Assembly (NCBI GenBank): GCA_011191875.1
Contig: DUFC01000031.1
Location: forward strand, 117,705 to 181,704
Reading direction: 5' to 3'
DNA: 64,000 bases
Origin: Dehalococcoidia bacterium
Lineage (GTDB): Bacteria; Chloroflexota; Dehalococcoidia; Dehalococcoidales; W498
This document shows, piece by piece, positions 26,758 through 36,666 of this stretch; the stretch's first letter is position 1, and each line of letters opens with the position of its first letter. A program made the position numbers and the translations under genes. Under the pieces are notes generated by a model. That model was not told the DNA's origin and ran no database searches. It was given only the letters and a program-made list of their open reading frames with translations.

Positions 26758-29148
26758 ATGAAGGTGAAATTACTTACTTCTTTAGTACTAATTGGCGTTA
26801 TCCTCATGAGCGGGTGTGTGAACCAGAAGCCGCCGCCTACTTTAAGTATACCATCAGTGACAGCCGGCGATATATCAAATCCAAAACTGGTGCTGGCCTC
26901 CTGCTATGAGATGGAGGGTTTCTCTGTCACTTTGGCTTCGCCTCCCTACTCCTTACCACTAGCCTTAACAAGCATCACAAATTTAGAAGAGATAGAGTCC
27001 CAGTTCCAGTTAGGAGAAAATCAGAAAGAACTCCTTGGGGAAAACGGGTTTGTGGTCATTCCGTGGCATGGTGACGATATAGTAGAACCTTATAAGACTA
27101 TGAAGGAATGGGAAGTTCCCATCTTCATAACCTCTGACACCCTTCTCCACTTGTATCATATCCAGTTTAACGAGACCCTGAAACGCATTGAAGAAGAGGA
27201 ATTCTTCGCCCAGCTCATCGGCATGAGCCAAGCCATGCTGGAGAGAGCCATTGAGGATTATGAGAGCTTTACCGATTCAGACCTCAAGGAAGCAGTGAGA
27301 AGAAATGTAGCTTATTTTACCGTTGGACTAAAGCTTCTTCAAACGCCAACTGAAGGCTATGATGAGGAAGAGCTGAAGGCGGAAATCGAGAAATGGAATC
27401 AGGAACATCCCTGGGATAAGAGGGAATTCAAACCGATAAAGAAGGTTGATTTTACCATCCCCGACTATGTGAAAGACGAAGTTAATGAGGAGCTTAAGAA
27501 TATTGAAGAGCACCAGGACTTTAAGCCAAGCGCTATCTTCAATTCAAATACCGATTGCATGTGCGACCTGCCCTGCTGTTACTGTGAGGACTACTCCCAG
27601 TATGTCCCAAGAGGGCACTATACCCAGAGTGAGTCCTTAAAGAGGTACTTTAAGACTATGATGTGGTATGGCAGGATGGCTTTCCTTCTGAAGGGTGGGG
27701 AGGATAGTGAGTGCATGCAGCCTGAAGGATCTTTGATTGCCGAAGAGGATGCTAAAATCGCTACTATTCAAGCCTCACTTATCTCTGCTCAGTTACCCAA
27801 TGTAAAGGTTAATGAGGTTACCGCTCAAGAAATATGGGAGCGGATTTACTCGGTTACCTCATTCTTTGTGGGAGCAGCCGATGACCTTACCCCATACGAA
27901 TATCTTGGCGCTATAGAGAAGGTATTTGATCCTGAGTTTCAAGCTTCTGAACTTGCTGATGATGAAAAACTGCTAACTCTTAAGGCTGAGCTAGCTCAGA
28001 TGAGAAATCCTGAAATCTATGGTGGCTCAGGCATATGCGTGGTGTACCCGCCAATAACCAAAGAAAAGCTTTATCAGTGCTTGGCAGAGACCAAGGGGAT
28101 GCGGTTCATGGGGCAGAGGTTTGTTCCCGATTCATATATGTTCCAAAACCTGGTCACCCCGGCGGTTGGTATGTATGTTGGTGATGATGAGCCGTTTACT
28201 ATGAAGATGACCCAAGCCGGGCCAGCCAGATGCTTTCCCCGAGGTCTAGATATTATGGCTGTTTTGGGCTCAGAGCGGGCTTATGAAATACTAAAGGACG
28301 AAGGAGACACTGAATATGAGGGTAAAGATACAAGCTACGATAAGCAACTAAACGAGCTAAAAAGCCAGTTTGATGAATTTGATGTCGCTGAATGGAACCG
28401 TAATCTCTATTGGGCGTGGCTTTACGCGTTGAAGCCTTTGCTCGAGGAGTTCGGTGACGGGTATCCCACCTTCATGCAGACGGAAGCATGGCAGGACAAA
28501 GAGCTACAAACGGCTCTGGCATCCTGGGCTGAATTGCGGCACGATACCATCTTATATGCCAAGCAAAGCTACACTCCTACCTGTACGGCCATCCCGCCAC
28601 AGCCTGAGCCGGTAGTAGGATATGTGGAGCCTGTCCCCGATTTCTATGCGCGAATGCTGGCACTAACCAGTATGACCAAGGAGGGGCTTACCCAGCTTAA
28701 TGCCTTAAATGATGATGAGAGAGTCCGATTGGAGAATCTGGAGTATATCCTTAGTAGGCTGATTGACATCTCTAGGGATGAATTGGAGAACAAGGAATTG
28801 GACGAAGCCGACTATGAATTCATCAGAAACTTTGGTGAACAGCTTGATTCTATTGTAGCTGGGGTGGAAGCTAAAGGGAAGGAAACGACCATAGTTGCCG
28901 ATGTCCATACTGATACCAACCCACCGAGGCAGGTTTTAGAAGAGGGGGTTGGTTATGTTGACCTCATCCTGGTAGCATACAAGGTTCCCGATGGCAGAAT
29001 TCTTATTGGAGCTGGTCCCGTCTTTAGTTACTATGAGTTCAAGCATCCTATGGCAGAAAGACTTACCGATGAGCAGTGGCGGGAAATGCTTGAGCAAGGG
29101 GATGCACCAGAGAGGCCTGCCTGGATAAGTAGTTTCTACGCAAAATAG
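26758..29148 (+). CDS. DUF3160-like large lipoprotein
   Basis: ATG 26758 gives the signal MKVKLLTSLVLIGVILMSGC (lipobox). About 800 aa with a PRGHYT motif that I associate with DUF3160. Confidence 0.55.
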   Translation: MKVKLLTSLVLIGVILMSGCVNQKPPPTLSIPSVTAGDISNPKLVLASCYEMEGFSVTLASPPYSLPLALTSITNLEEIESQFQLGENQKELLGENGFVVIPWHGDDIVEPYKTMKEWEVPIFITSDTLLHLYHIQFNETLKRIEEEEFFAQLIGMSQAMLERAIEDYESFTDSDLKEAVRRNVAYFTVGLKLLQTPTEGYDEEELKAEIEKWNQEHPWDKREFKPIKKVDFTIPDYVKDEVNEELKNIEEHQDFKPSAIFNSNTDCMCDLPCCYCEDYSQYVPRGHYTQSESLKRYFKTMMWYGRMAFLLKGGEDSECMQPEGSLIAEEDAKIATIQASLISAQLPNVKVNEVTAQEIWERIYSVTSFFVGAADDLTPYEYLGAIEKVFDPEFQASELADDEKLLTLKAELAQMRNPEIYGGSGICVVYPPITKEKLYQCLAETKGMRFMGQRFVPDSYMFQNLVTPAVGMYVGDDEPFTMKMTQAGPARCFPRGLDIMAVLGSERAYEILKDEGDTEYEGKDTSYDKQLNELKSQFDEFDVAEWNRNLYWAWLYALKPLLEEFGDGYPTFMQTEAWQDKELQTALASWAELRHDTILYAKQSYTPTCTAIPPQPEPVVGYVEPVPDFYARMLALTSMTKEGLTQLNALNDDERVRLENLEYILSRLIDISRDELENKELDEADYEFIRNFGEQLDSIVAGVEAKGKETTIVADVHTDTNPPRQVLEEGVGYVDLILVAYKVPDGRILIGAGPVFSYYEFKHPMAERLTDEQWREMLEQGDAPERPAWISSFYAK

Positions 29149-29249
29149 TAACCTGCCTCCAATTCTAGGCTGTTGATGAATAGATGCGGTCAAATTTGCT
29201 ATAATCGGGTTTGGTTGGGGGTGTAAGAAGGCGAAGCAGCGGGGAAACT

Positions 29250-29960
29250 ATGAGGAAGATAGGTATTCTGGGGGGAATGGCTCCAGAGTCGACAGTAGAA
29301 TATTATCGTATTATCACTACTCTTTGTCGTCAAAGGGGAATGGGGCACCGCTATCCGGTGATTATTATATACAGCCTAAACTTCCATGAGTTTATTAGTC
29401 TGGTCGAGTCAGGGAACTTGCCCGAAGTGACCAATCTCATTTGTGATGCAATCAATTCGCTATCTGAGGCAGGTGCGGACTTTGCCCTTGTGGCGTCAAA
29501 TACACCGCACATAGTTTTCAACGAAGTGGCTGCCAGGTCACCCATTCCACTTTTAAGTATTGTTGACGAGACGGGCAGAGTAGCAAAGAACTTGGGATTT
29601 ACCAGAGTGGGCTTGTTCGGCACTAAATTCACCATGCAAGCTGATTTCTACAGTAATGCCCTTTCAACTAAATATGGCATATCTGTAGTTACTCCCCAGA
29701 AAGCCGACCAGGACTATATCCACCACAAAATCATGACTGAGCTTGTAGATGGCTGTATCATTGAGGAAACCCGGCAAGAACTGTCCAGAATTGCCAGGAT
29801 GATGGCCGATAAACGAGGTATTCAAGCCCTGATATTGGGCTGCACGGAATTACCATTGATTCTTTCTGAAGAGGTTGTTGGCATCCCGCTACTTGATACC
29901 ACTAGAATTCATGCTGAAGCCGCCTTAAACTTCTCTCAATCCAGCAGTTCTAGTGTATGA
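29250..29960 (+). CDS. aspartate/glutamate racemase family protein
   Basis: MRKIGILGGMAPEST N-terminus and a second catalytic region LILGCTELP. TGcTATAAT extended -10 at 29197-29205. Confidence 0.8.
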   Translation: MRKIGILGGMAPESTVEYYRIITTLCRQRGMGHRYPVIIIYSLNFHEFISLVESGNLPEVTNLICDAINSLSEAGADFALVASNTPHIVFNEVAARSPIPLLSIVDETGRVAKNLGFTRVGLFGTKFTMQADFYSNALSTKYGISVVTPQKADQDYIHHKIMTELVDGCIIEETRQELSRIARMMADKRGIQALILGCTELPLILSEEVVGIPLLDTTRIHAEAALNFSQSSSSSV

Positions 29961-30023
29961 AGACAAGTTCAAGTTTGCCCTCCGCTGGATATTTCATTAG
30001 AATGTTGGATTGAGGGCATAGGC

Positions 30024-30053
30024 TTGACAGCGAAAACAATCGGGTGGTAATTT
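30024..30053 (+). promoter_or_regulatory. candidate promoter of the iorAB-aminotransferase operon
   Basis: TTGACA, 18-nt spacer ending TGg, then TAATTT. Same architecture as the promoter at 34477. Confidence 0.4.
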
Positions 30054-30215
30054 GTTACCATAAAATTTCGACAGCTCGCACCAGACTAAGTAAACGGAAT
30101 TAATACTACCCACGCCGATGCCGGACACCTTGTCGAGCTAATGCCTTTACGCACAATATGCAAACATTGGGTCGAACCGTTGCCTTTGGAGCGAGTGACT
30201 CATGGGAGATTAAGA

Positions 30216-32051
30216 GTGGTGAATGTAGTAAAACTGCTCTCTGGAAATGAAGCTCTGGCTTTGGGAGCCTATCATGCTGGTGCAGGGATAGCTACAGCTT
30301 ATCCCGGAACCCCAAGTACCGAGATACTCGAATTCATAGCTCGCTTTGACGATGTCTATGCCGAATGGTCAACAAATGAGAAGGTGGCTATGGAAGTAGC
30401 GCTGGGGGCAGCCTATGCCGGGACTCGCTCGCTGGTATCTATGAAACATGTAGGGCTGAATGTAGCCAGCGACCCGTTTATGGCAGCCGCAACCACTGGG
30501 GTCAATACCGGGATGGTCGTGGTTTCAGCTGATGACCCGGGAATCCACAGCTCTCAGAATGAACAAGATAACCGCCACTATGCCAAACTGGCTAAAGTGC
30601 CTATGCTGGAGCCCAGTGATAGCCAGGAAGCCTATGAACTCATGGCGTATGCCTTTGATATCAGTGAAAGATTTCATACTCCGGTATTGGTGCGCACCAC
30701 TACCCGTATATCCCATTCAAAGTCAGTGGTGAAGGTAAATCGGAGTCGGGTTGTGCCAGTTAGTCAGGCAGGTTTCCAGCGTGATGTGGAAAAGTATGTT
30801 ATGCTGCCGGTTTGTGCTCGCCTCAGGCGCCCATTGATAGAAGAACGCTTGGTTAAACTGGCCGCCTACGCTGAAACCTTTCCTCTAAATCAGGTAGAGT
30901 GGGGCGAGCTTCACCTTGGCGTGGTGACCAGCGGAGTCGCCTACCAATATGCCAGAGAGGTTTTCCCTGAGGCGTCCTTTCTCAAGCTGACTATGACCTA
31001 CCCTCTCCCCCGGAATTTAATCCGCCACTTCGCAGCCCAGGTAGATAGGGTAATAGTCATTGAAGAGCTTGACCCCTTTCTCCAGGAAAATATCCAGGCT
31101 ATGGGGATAAAGGTTACCGGGAAGGAGTTTATCCCCAGGGTGGGCGAGTTAAATGTAGGTATTATCGGGGAAGCTAGCGGCACTGCCGGGCTAGTGGCTG
31201 AGACTTTGCCTCAGCATAAGTTAGATATAGCCCTGACACTACCTAAGCGTCCTCCCCTGCTGTGTCCCGGTTGCCCACATACTGGCATATTCTTTGTGCT
31301 CAGTAGCATGGGACAGCGTTCCAAACCACCGAAGGCTAAGGGCAAGGCGCCGAAGGAACCAAAGTTAATCATCACCGGGGATATCGGCTGCTATACTCTG
31401 GGCGCCTATCCCCCACTCAATGCCATGGACACTTGTGCCTGTATGGGTGCCAGCATCGGTCAGGCCCTGGGCATGGAGAAGGCGGGTATCAGCGACAAAG
31501 TGGTAGCTGTTATCGGTGATTCCACATTCTTGCATTCTGGCATAACCCCTCTGGTGAACGCCGTCTACAATGAGGGACAAATAACGGTTATAATCCTCGA
31601 TAACAGGACTACTGCCATGACAGGTCACCAGGACCACCCTGGTACCGGTATTTCGGCACAGGGAAAAGAAACCAAAGCGGTGGAGTTGGAACACTTAGTT
31701 CGGGGTATGGGAATCAGTGATGTCAACGTAGTTGATGCCTTTAATATAGAGGGCATCAGGACTGTGGTAAAGAATTCACTGGATAGTCCTGAGCTTTCCG
31801 TTATTATAGTCCGTGGCGCCTGCTCGGTGCAGGTGACGAAGCCCTCTGAGCCCAGAGCCGTTGATACTGAAAAATGCAATGGGTGTGGAATTTGCCTCTT
31901 GCTTGGGTGTCCAGCCATTCAAAGTGAGGATGAGCAGGTCTATATTGATACCGCTCTGTGTGCTGGTAGTGCCTGTACTATTTGTCAACAGGTTTGTCCC
32001 CGGCAGGCGGTAGTTCCAAAATCTAAGATAAAGGCGGCGAAATCACAGTGA
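30216..32051 (+). CDS. iorA: indolepyruvate:ferredoxin oxidoreductase, alpha subunit
   Basis: N-terminal LLSGNEALALGA, TPP-binding core, C-terminal two [4Fe-4S] motifs (CNGCGICLLLGCP, CTICQQVCP). GTG 30216 lies 6 nt after GGGAGA. Its stop overlaps the iorB start. Confidence 0.85.
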   Translation: MVNVVKLLSGNEALALGAYHAGAGIATAYPGTPSTEILEFIARFDDVYAEWSTNEKVAMEVALGAAYAGTRSLVSMKHVGLNVASDPFMAAATTGVNTGMVVVSADDPGIHSSQNEQDNRHYAKLAKVPMLEPSDSQEAYELMAYAFDISERFHTPVLVRTTTRISHSKSVVKVNRSRVVPVSQAGFQRDVEKYVMLPVCARLRRPLIEERLVKLAAYAETFPLNQVEWGELHLGVVTSGVAYQYAREVFPEASFLKLTMTYPLPRNLIRHFAAQVDRVIVIEELDPFLQENIQAMGIKVTGKEFIPRVGELNVGIIGEASGTAGLVAETLPQHKLDIALTLPKRPPLLCPGCPHTGIFFVLSSMGQRSKPPKAKGKAPKEPKLIITGDIGCYTLGAYPPLNAMDTCACMGASIGQALGMEKAGISDKVVAVIGDSTFLHSGITPLVNAVYNEGQITVIILDNRTTAMTGHQDHPGTGISAQGKETKAVELEHLVRGMGISDVNVVDAFNIEGIRTVVKNSLDSPELSVIIVRGACSVQVTKPSEPRAVDTEKCNGCGICLLLGCPAIQSEDEQVYIDTALCAGSACTICQQVCPRQAVVPKSKIKAAKSQ

Positions 32052-32644
32052 AGAAGTTTGACTTACTTATCACTGGGGTAGGAGGTCAGGGGGTTATTCT
32101 AGCCAGTGACATAATTGGTGAAGCAGCTTTAGCCGCTGGATACGATGTCAAGAAAACGGATACCCTGGGTATGGCACAGCGGGGGGGTAGTGTGGTAAGT
32201 CATGTGCGGATAGGGCAGCGGGTTTGGTCTCCCTTAATCAAGGAGGGAGAGGTTGACATACTGGTTGCCTTTGAGAAGTTGGAGGCGACTAGATGGGGTC
32301 ACTACCTTCGGTCGGGAGCGATAGCCATTGTCAACAGCCATGCGCTCCCGCCACTCTCTGTCGTTCTAGGAAATGAGCGGTACCCTACTGATGAAGAGAT
32401 AGCCGATAGCCTAGGGCAGTGGGCAGACCGCATTTATTTCATCGATGGCACCAGCCGGACCAGAAAGTTTGGTGATGTCAGAACGCTTAATATGTTTATG
32501 TTGGGATGTGCCTCGCTTTTTCTCCCACTTAAGGTTCATGTTTGGAAGGATAGTATCTCTCAGCGTGTATCGTCGACTATGCGACAAATGAATATTGCCG
32601 CTTTTAACCTTGGTAGAAAGGAAATCCGTGGTGTCCGTATCTGA
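32048..32644 (+). CDS. iorB: indolepyruvate:ferredoxin oxidoreductase, beta subunit
   Basis: 198 aa. ITGVGGQGV N-terminal motif of the 2-oxoacid oxidoreductase gamma/IorB family. Confidence 0.85.
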   Translation: MKKFDLLITGVGGQGVILASDIIGEAALAAGYDVKKTDTLGMAQRGGSVVSHVRIGQRVWSPLIKEGEVDILVAFEKLEATRWGHYLRSGAIAIVNSHALPPLSVVLGNERYPTDEEIADSLGQWADRIYFIDGTSRTRKFGDVRTLNMFMLGCASLFLPLKVHVWKDSISQRVSSTMRQMNIAAFNLGRKEIRGVRI

Positions 32645-33818
32645 CAGGATTAAGAAAAGTATGGCGCAGGGCTCGTGGGTCAGGAAGATGTTTGAGGAGG
32701 GAGCTAGCCTTAAACGGCGGTACGGTGAGGAGAATGTCTTTGACCTCTCTCTAGGCAACCCGGTAATGGAGCCTCCTAGTGAGTTTCATCAAGAGCTAAA
32801 GAGGCTGGTAGAGAGTTCTCTACCGGGGATGCATAGATACATGGAAAACGCCGGTTATGCAGAGACAAGGGCAGCAGTGGCAATACAGCTCTCGCTGGAG
32901 ACCGGTATTAAGTTCACTATGAACGATGTTGTCATGACTTGTGGCGCTGCCGGAGCGTTAAATGTGGTGCTGAAGACAATACTCAATGAAGGGGACGAGG
33001 TCATCGTATTCGCACCTTACTTTCCGGAGTACACCAACTATATTGATAATCATGGCGGGATAATTAGAATTCTTCCTACAGATGAGCAGTTCATACCCAG
33101 GCTTGATATTCTTGAAACTACCATCGGGGCTAGAACTAAGGCGGTGCTCATAAACTCCCCCAATAATCCCTCTGGAGCCGTCTATAGTGAGGACTTTATC
33201 CGTCAGCTTGGGGAGTTGCTCAGTAAAAAGGAGACTCAATATGAGACACAGATTTTCCTCCTCAGTGATGAAGCCTATCGCAAGATTATCTACGATGGAC
33301 GGAAATATCCCCAAGTTTGGTCGCATCACCAGCAAAGTATCGTCGTCACCTCTCACTCCAAAGATTTGGCGCTGCCCGGTGAACGCATTGGCTATATTGC
33401 CGTAAATCCCACCTGCCGGCAGCGAGAGGAATTGGTGGGCGGTCTCATCCACTGCAACCGAACCCTGGGATTTGTTAATGCCCCAGCCTTGATGCAGCAC
33501 ATAGTGAGCCGTTTGCAGTCAGTGACTGTTCCTATAGACAAGTATCAAAAGAAGAGAGATTTCTTATATGACCATCTTATTGAGATGGGCTATTCGGTAA
33601 TGAAGCCTCGAGGGGCTTTCTACATGTTCCCCGAATCACCGCTGGAAGATGATGTTGCTTTCGTCAGGGAGCTACAGTCGTGGAGAGTACTGACTGTACC
33701 CGGTCGTGGCTTCGGGACACCGGGGCATTTTCGGATATCATACTGTGTTGATGATAGAACACTGGCAGGTTCCTTAGCTGGTTTCCAAAAGACTGCTGAA
33801 AAATTCAATATAGGGTAG
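32628..33818 (+). CDS. class I/II PLP-dependent aminotransferase (aromatic/aspartate type)
   Basis: NSPNNPSG and SHSKDLALPGERIGY (Schiff-base Lys) motifs. The start (GTG 32628/32631) overlaps the end of iorB and is approximate. Confidence 0.8.
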   Translation: MVSVSDRIKKSMAQGSWVRKMFEEGASLKRRYGEENVFDLSLGNPVMEPPSEFHQELKRLVESSLPGMHRYMENAGYAETRAAVAIQLSLETGIKFTMNDVVMTCGAAGALNVVLKTILNEGDEVIVFAPYFPEYTNYIDNHGGIIRILPTDEQFIPRLDILETTIGARTKAVLINSPNNPSGAVYSEDFIRQLGELLSKKETQYETQIFLLSDEAYRKIIYDGRKYPQVWSHHQQSIVVTSHSKDLALPGERIGYIAVNPTCRQREELVGGLIHCNRTLGFVNAPALMQHIVSRLQSVTVPIDKYQKKRDFLYDHLIEMGYSVMKPRGAFYMFPESPLEDDVAFVRELQSWRVLTVPGRGFGTPGHFRISYCVDDRTLAGSLAGFQKTAEKFNIG

Positions 33819-33954
33819 TCTTCTAAAGAGGTTTGTTTTTTCATCTTTCACAAAACAAGCTATACTGTCACCGCTGATTCGGCACCTGAAAAATCTTACT
33901 CCCAGGTGTAATTAGTTTAGGCTCCAGGGTTAAAAACTTATGAGTGGAGGAATT

Positions 33955-34383
33955 ATGGATAAAATGTCAAAAGAGGAAAAGAGATCGTCTGATAGTGTGG
34001 CGGAACTGATAGCCAAAGAGGAAAGAGAGCCTATTGCCTCCTTTCTAAGAATGAGGATACTGGAGCTTACTCCGGGCTATGCTAAGGTAGCCATAAAGCT
34101 AGTACCCGAATACCAGAATTTCAATGGTCTAATCTTCGGTGGTATTGTTATGGCAGTGGCTGACCAAGCGTTTGCCTATGCGTCTAATTCTCTAGCCTAT
34201 CCCAGCATAGCTTCCCAGTTTAACATCCATTTCATCAACGGTGCCGTAGTGAATGACGAATTAACTGCCGAGTGCCGGGTGGTGAGGAGTGGCCGACGGG
34301 TTGGTGTCTCCGAGATGACAGTGACCAATCAAGAGGGCAAGCTTATCGCCAAGGCCACCGGTACGACTATTCCTGTAGGCTAG
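33955..34383 (+). CDS. PaaI-family hotdog-fold thioesterase
   Basis: About 140 aa. N..G..FGG....AD.A pattern (NGLIFGGIVMAVADQAF). Start ambiguous (33940, 33955 or 33964). Confidence 0.75.
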   Translation: MDKMSKEEKRSSDSVAELIAKEEREPIASFLRMRILELTPGYAKVAIKLVPEYQNFNGLIFGGIVMAVADQAFAYASNSLAYPSIASQFNIHFINGAVVNDELTAECRVVRSGRRVGVSEMTVTNQEGKLIAKATGTTIPVG

Positions 34384-34476
34384 AGCCGGTAGTTAAGTAC
34401 TTCTCTGGTTGTAATGGTAGCTATACCAGAAAGGAGGCAGGGGATAGGGTTACCTAATAATCTCTTACTATGGTCG

Positions 34477-34506
34477 TTGACAAAGTGACTTTGATTATGG
34501 TAAACT
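34477..34506 (+). promoter_or_regulatory. candidate promoter of the CoA-ligase/liv operon
   Basis: TTGACA, 18-nt spacer ending TGg, then TAAACT. Confidence 0.4.
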
Positions 34507-34673
34507 GCTTCCTTGTTAAGCTAGTAAAAAGGTGACCCATAGATATGCCCACTACCATTTACAGATTGGAGAGAACCAAATTCGTCTTTACCAGGCGCAC
34601 CGAGGTGCGCTTGGGAGGTTTTGATATGCATATTTAGCTAAGTAAATTTATTTACCTAAGTATAATTTGATAC

Positions 34674-34710
34674 AAGAGTACCTTCCAGGCGGGAGGTACT
34701 CTTATTTTTA
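34674..34710 (+). terminator. intrinsic terminator inside the 5' leader (attenuator candidate)
   Basis: AAGAGTACCTTCC-aggc-GGGAGGTACTCTT: 13 bp with one G-U pair. It is followed by ATTTTTA and ends 22 nt before ATG 34732. Confidence 0.5.
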
Positions 34711-34731
34711 CCTGAATACATTCGAGGAATA

Positions 34732-36666
34732 ATGGCCGATATGATACAAATGGAAAGCTGGGATACAATTCCCCAGATAGTTCGGGGTAATTATGAAAAA
34801 TGGGGCGACCGAACAGCTATGTGCATGAAAAAATTCGGCATCTGGCAGAGGTATAGCTGGGAGGACTATTATGAGAATGTGAAATACTTCTCGCTAGGTC
34901 TGGTCAGCCTCGGTCTTAAGCAGGGGGATGTGGTCTGTATTATCGGGGACAACGAACCTGAGTGGTTTTGGGGGGAGTTCGCCACTCAGGCAGCCGGAGG
35001 TATAGTCACCGGGATATTCGTTGACTCTATTCCATCTGAGGTAAAATATATCGCTGACCACGCTGAGGCTAAATTTGCCATAGTTAATGACCAGGAGCAG
35101 ACGGATAAGTTTCTGGAAATCAAGAGTGAATTACCTTCACTAAAGAAGGTTATCTACTGGGACCCCAAGGGTTTGAAGAACTACGATGACCCTCTCCTTA
35201 TCAGCTTCACTGAGGTGATGAAGCTGGGCAAACAATATGAAGAAACACACCCGGGGCTCTTTGAGCAGAATGTAGACAAGGGTAAGGGAGATGACACTGC
35301 CTTTATTTACTATACCTCGGGCACCACTGGCTTACCTAAAGGAGCCATACTTACTCACCGAGCCTTGATAAATACGGCTCAAGGGTTCATCAGTCGCTAC
35401 CCCCTAAGTGAAAAGGATGATTTGATTTCTAACTTTCCGGCGGCTTGGGTGGGTGATAGTTTTTTCGCTACTATTCCCCATTTACTAACCGGGGCAAGAA
35501 TTAATTATCCTGAGGAGCCAGAAACTATTACCGAGGATACCCGAGAAGTTGGTCCCGACTTCGTGATATACGGTCCCCGGCAATGGGAAGGTCTGGTTAG
35601 TGAAATTCAGGTAAAGATGATTGATGCTAATCCCTTGAAGCGCTTTTGCTATAACCTATTTCTGCCGGTGGGTCATAAGATTGCCGATGCCAACTTCCAG
35701 AATAAAAAACCAAATCTATTTTGGCGGGCTCTTCACAGGATAGCTCATGTAATTGTATTCAGACCACTTAAAGATAAGCTAGGACTAAGTAAAGTCAGGT
35801 TTGCCGTCACTGGGAGCTCGGTATTAAGCCTGGATACTTTTCGGTTAATCCATGCTATAGGTATTGAGCTGAGGCAGAACTATGGTAGTACTGAAGCTGG
35901 CTTTATCTGTTCCCATGGTAAAGGGGAAATAATGTTTGAAAGCGTGGGGCGGCCAGCACTTAACACCGAGGTCAGAATAACTGATGAAGGAGAACTTCTG
36001 GTTAGAAGTGATTGTATGTTTGGTGGCTACCATAAAGACCCCCAAAAAACAGCGGCTACATTAATAGAGGGCTGGTGCCATACTGGGGATGCTGTCAATA
36101 TTAATGATAAGGGACACATGATATTTATGGACCGGCTGGAGCATATGGGTGAGCTGAGTTCGGGAATCAAATATGCTCCCCAGTATATTGAAGGCAGACT
36201 CAGGTTCAGCCCATATATCAAGGATGCTATGGTCATAGGGGGTAAGGATAAAGATTTTGTCTCAGCCATAATAAACATGGATTTTACCATGGTGGGCAAG
36301 TGGGCAGAACGTAACCGGTTACCCTATACTACCTTTGTTGACCTATCACAGAAAAAAGAGGTTGCCGACTTGGTACAAGAAGACCTGGTCCGGGTAAACA
36401 GCTACCTGCCTGAGCTGGCCAGAGTAAGGAAATTTGTCCTGATGCACAAAGAGTTTGACCCTGATGAAGCCGAACTTACCCGAACCAGAAAGCTAAGGCG
36501 AGAATTTATGGAAGAGCGGTATAGAGACTTAATAGAGCGTATTTATAGCGATGGGGAAGAAATAAAGGTTGAGGCGGCAGTAACCTATCGAGATGGCAGA
36601 AAAGGTATGGTAACCACCAGTATTAAAGTTAGGACCGTATCGGAAGGGCTTACTGAGAATGGCTGA
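34732..36666 (+). CDS. AMP-dependent acyl-CoA synthetase/ligase (long-chain-fatty-acid-CoA ligase-like)
   Basis: 644 aa. AMP-binding motif YTSGTTGLPKG and GWCHTGD. Confidence 0.85.
   Translation: MADMIQMESWDTIPQIVRGNYEKWGDRTAMCMKKFGIWQRYSWEDYYENVKYFSLGLVSLGLKQGDVVCIIGDNEPEWFWGEFATQAAGGIVTGIFVDSIPSEVKYIADHAEAKFAIVNDQEQTDKFLEIKSELPSLKKVIYWDPKGLKNYDDPLLISFTEVMKLGKQYEETHPGLFEQNVDKGKGDDTAFIYYTSGTTGLPKGAILTHRALINTAQGFISRYPLSEKDDLISNFPAAWVGDSFFATIPHLLTGARINYPEEPETITEDTREVGPDFVIYGPRQWEGLVSEIQVKMIDANPLKRFCYNLFLPVGHKIADANFQNKKPNLFWRALHRIAHVIVFRPLKDKLGLSKVRFAVTGSSVLSLDTFRLIHAIGIELRQNYGSTEAGFICSHGKGEIMFESVGRPALNTEVRITDEGELLVRSDCMFGGYHKDPQKTAATLIEGWCHTGDAVNINDKGHMIFMDRLEHMGELSSGIKYAPQYIEGRLRFSPYIKDAMVIGGKDKDFVSAIINMDFTMVGKWAERNRLPYTTFVDLSQKKEVADLVQEDLVRVNSYLPELARVRKFVLMHKEFDPDEAELTRTRKLRREFMEERYRDLIERIYSDGEEIKVEAAVTYRDGRKGMVTTSIKVRTVSEGLTENG

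Noticed and set aside
32958-33500. 180-aa minus-strand ORF inside the aminotransferase gene; likewise 39270..39845 inside the SBP gene, 51831..52256 inside hisZ, and 17839..18231 across glnS/gltX.
   Set aside because: Each is antisense to a gene with strong family motifs. None has an SD or any recognisable domain.
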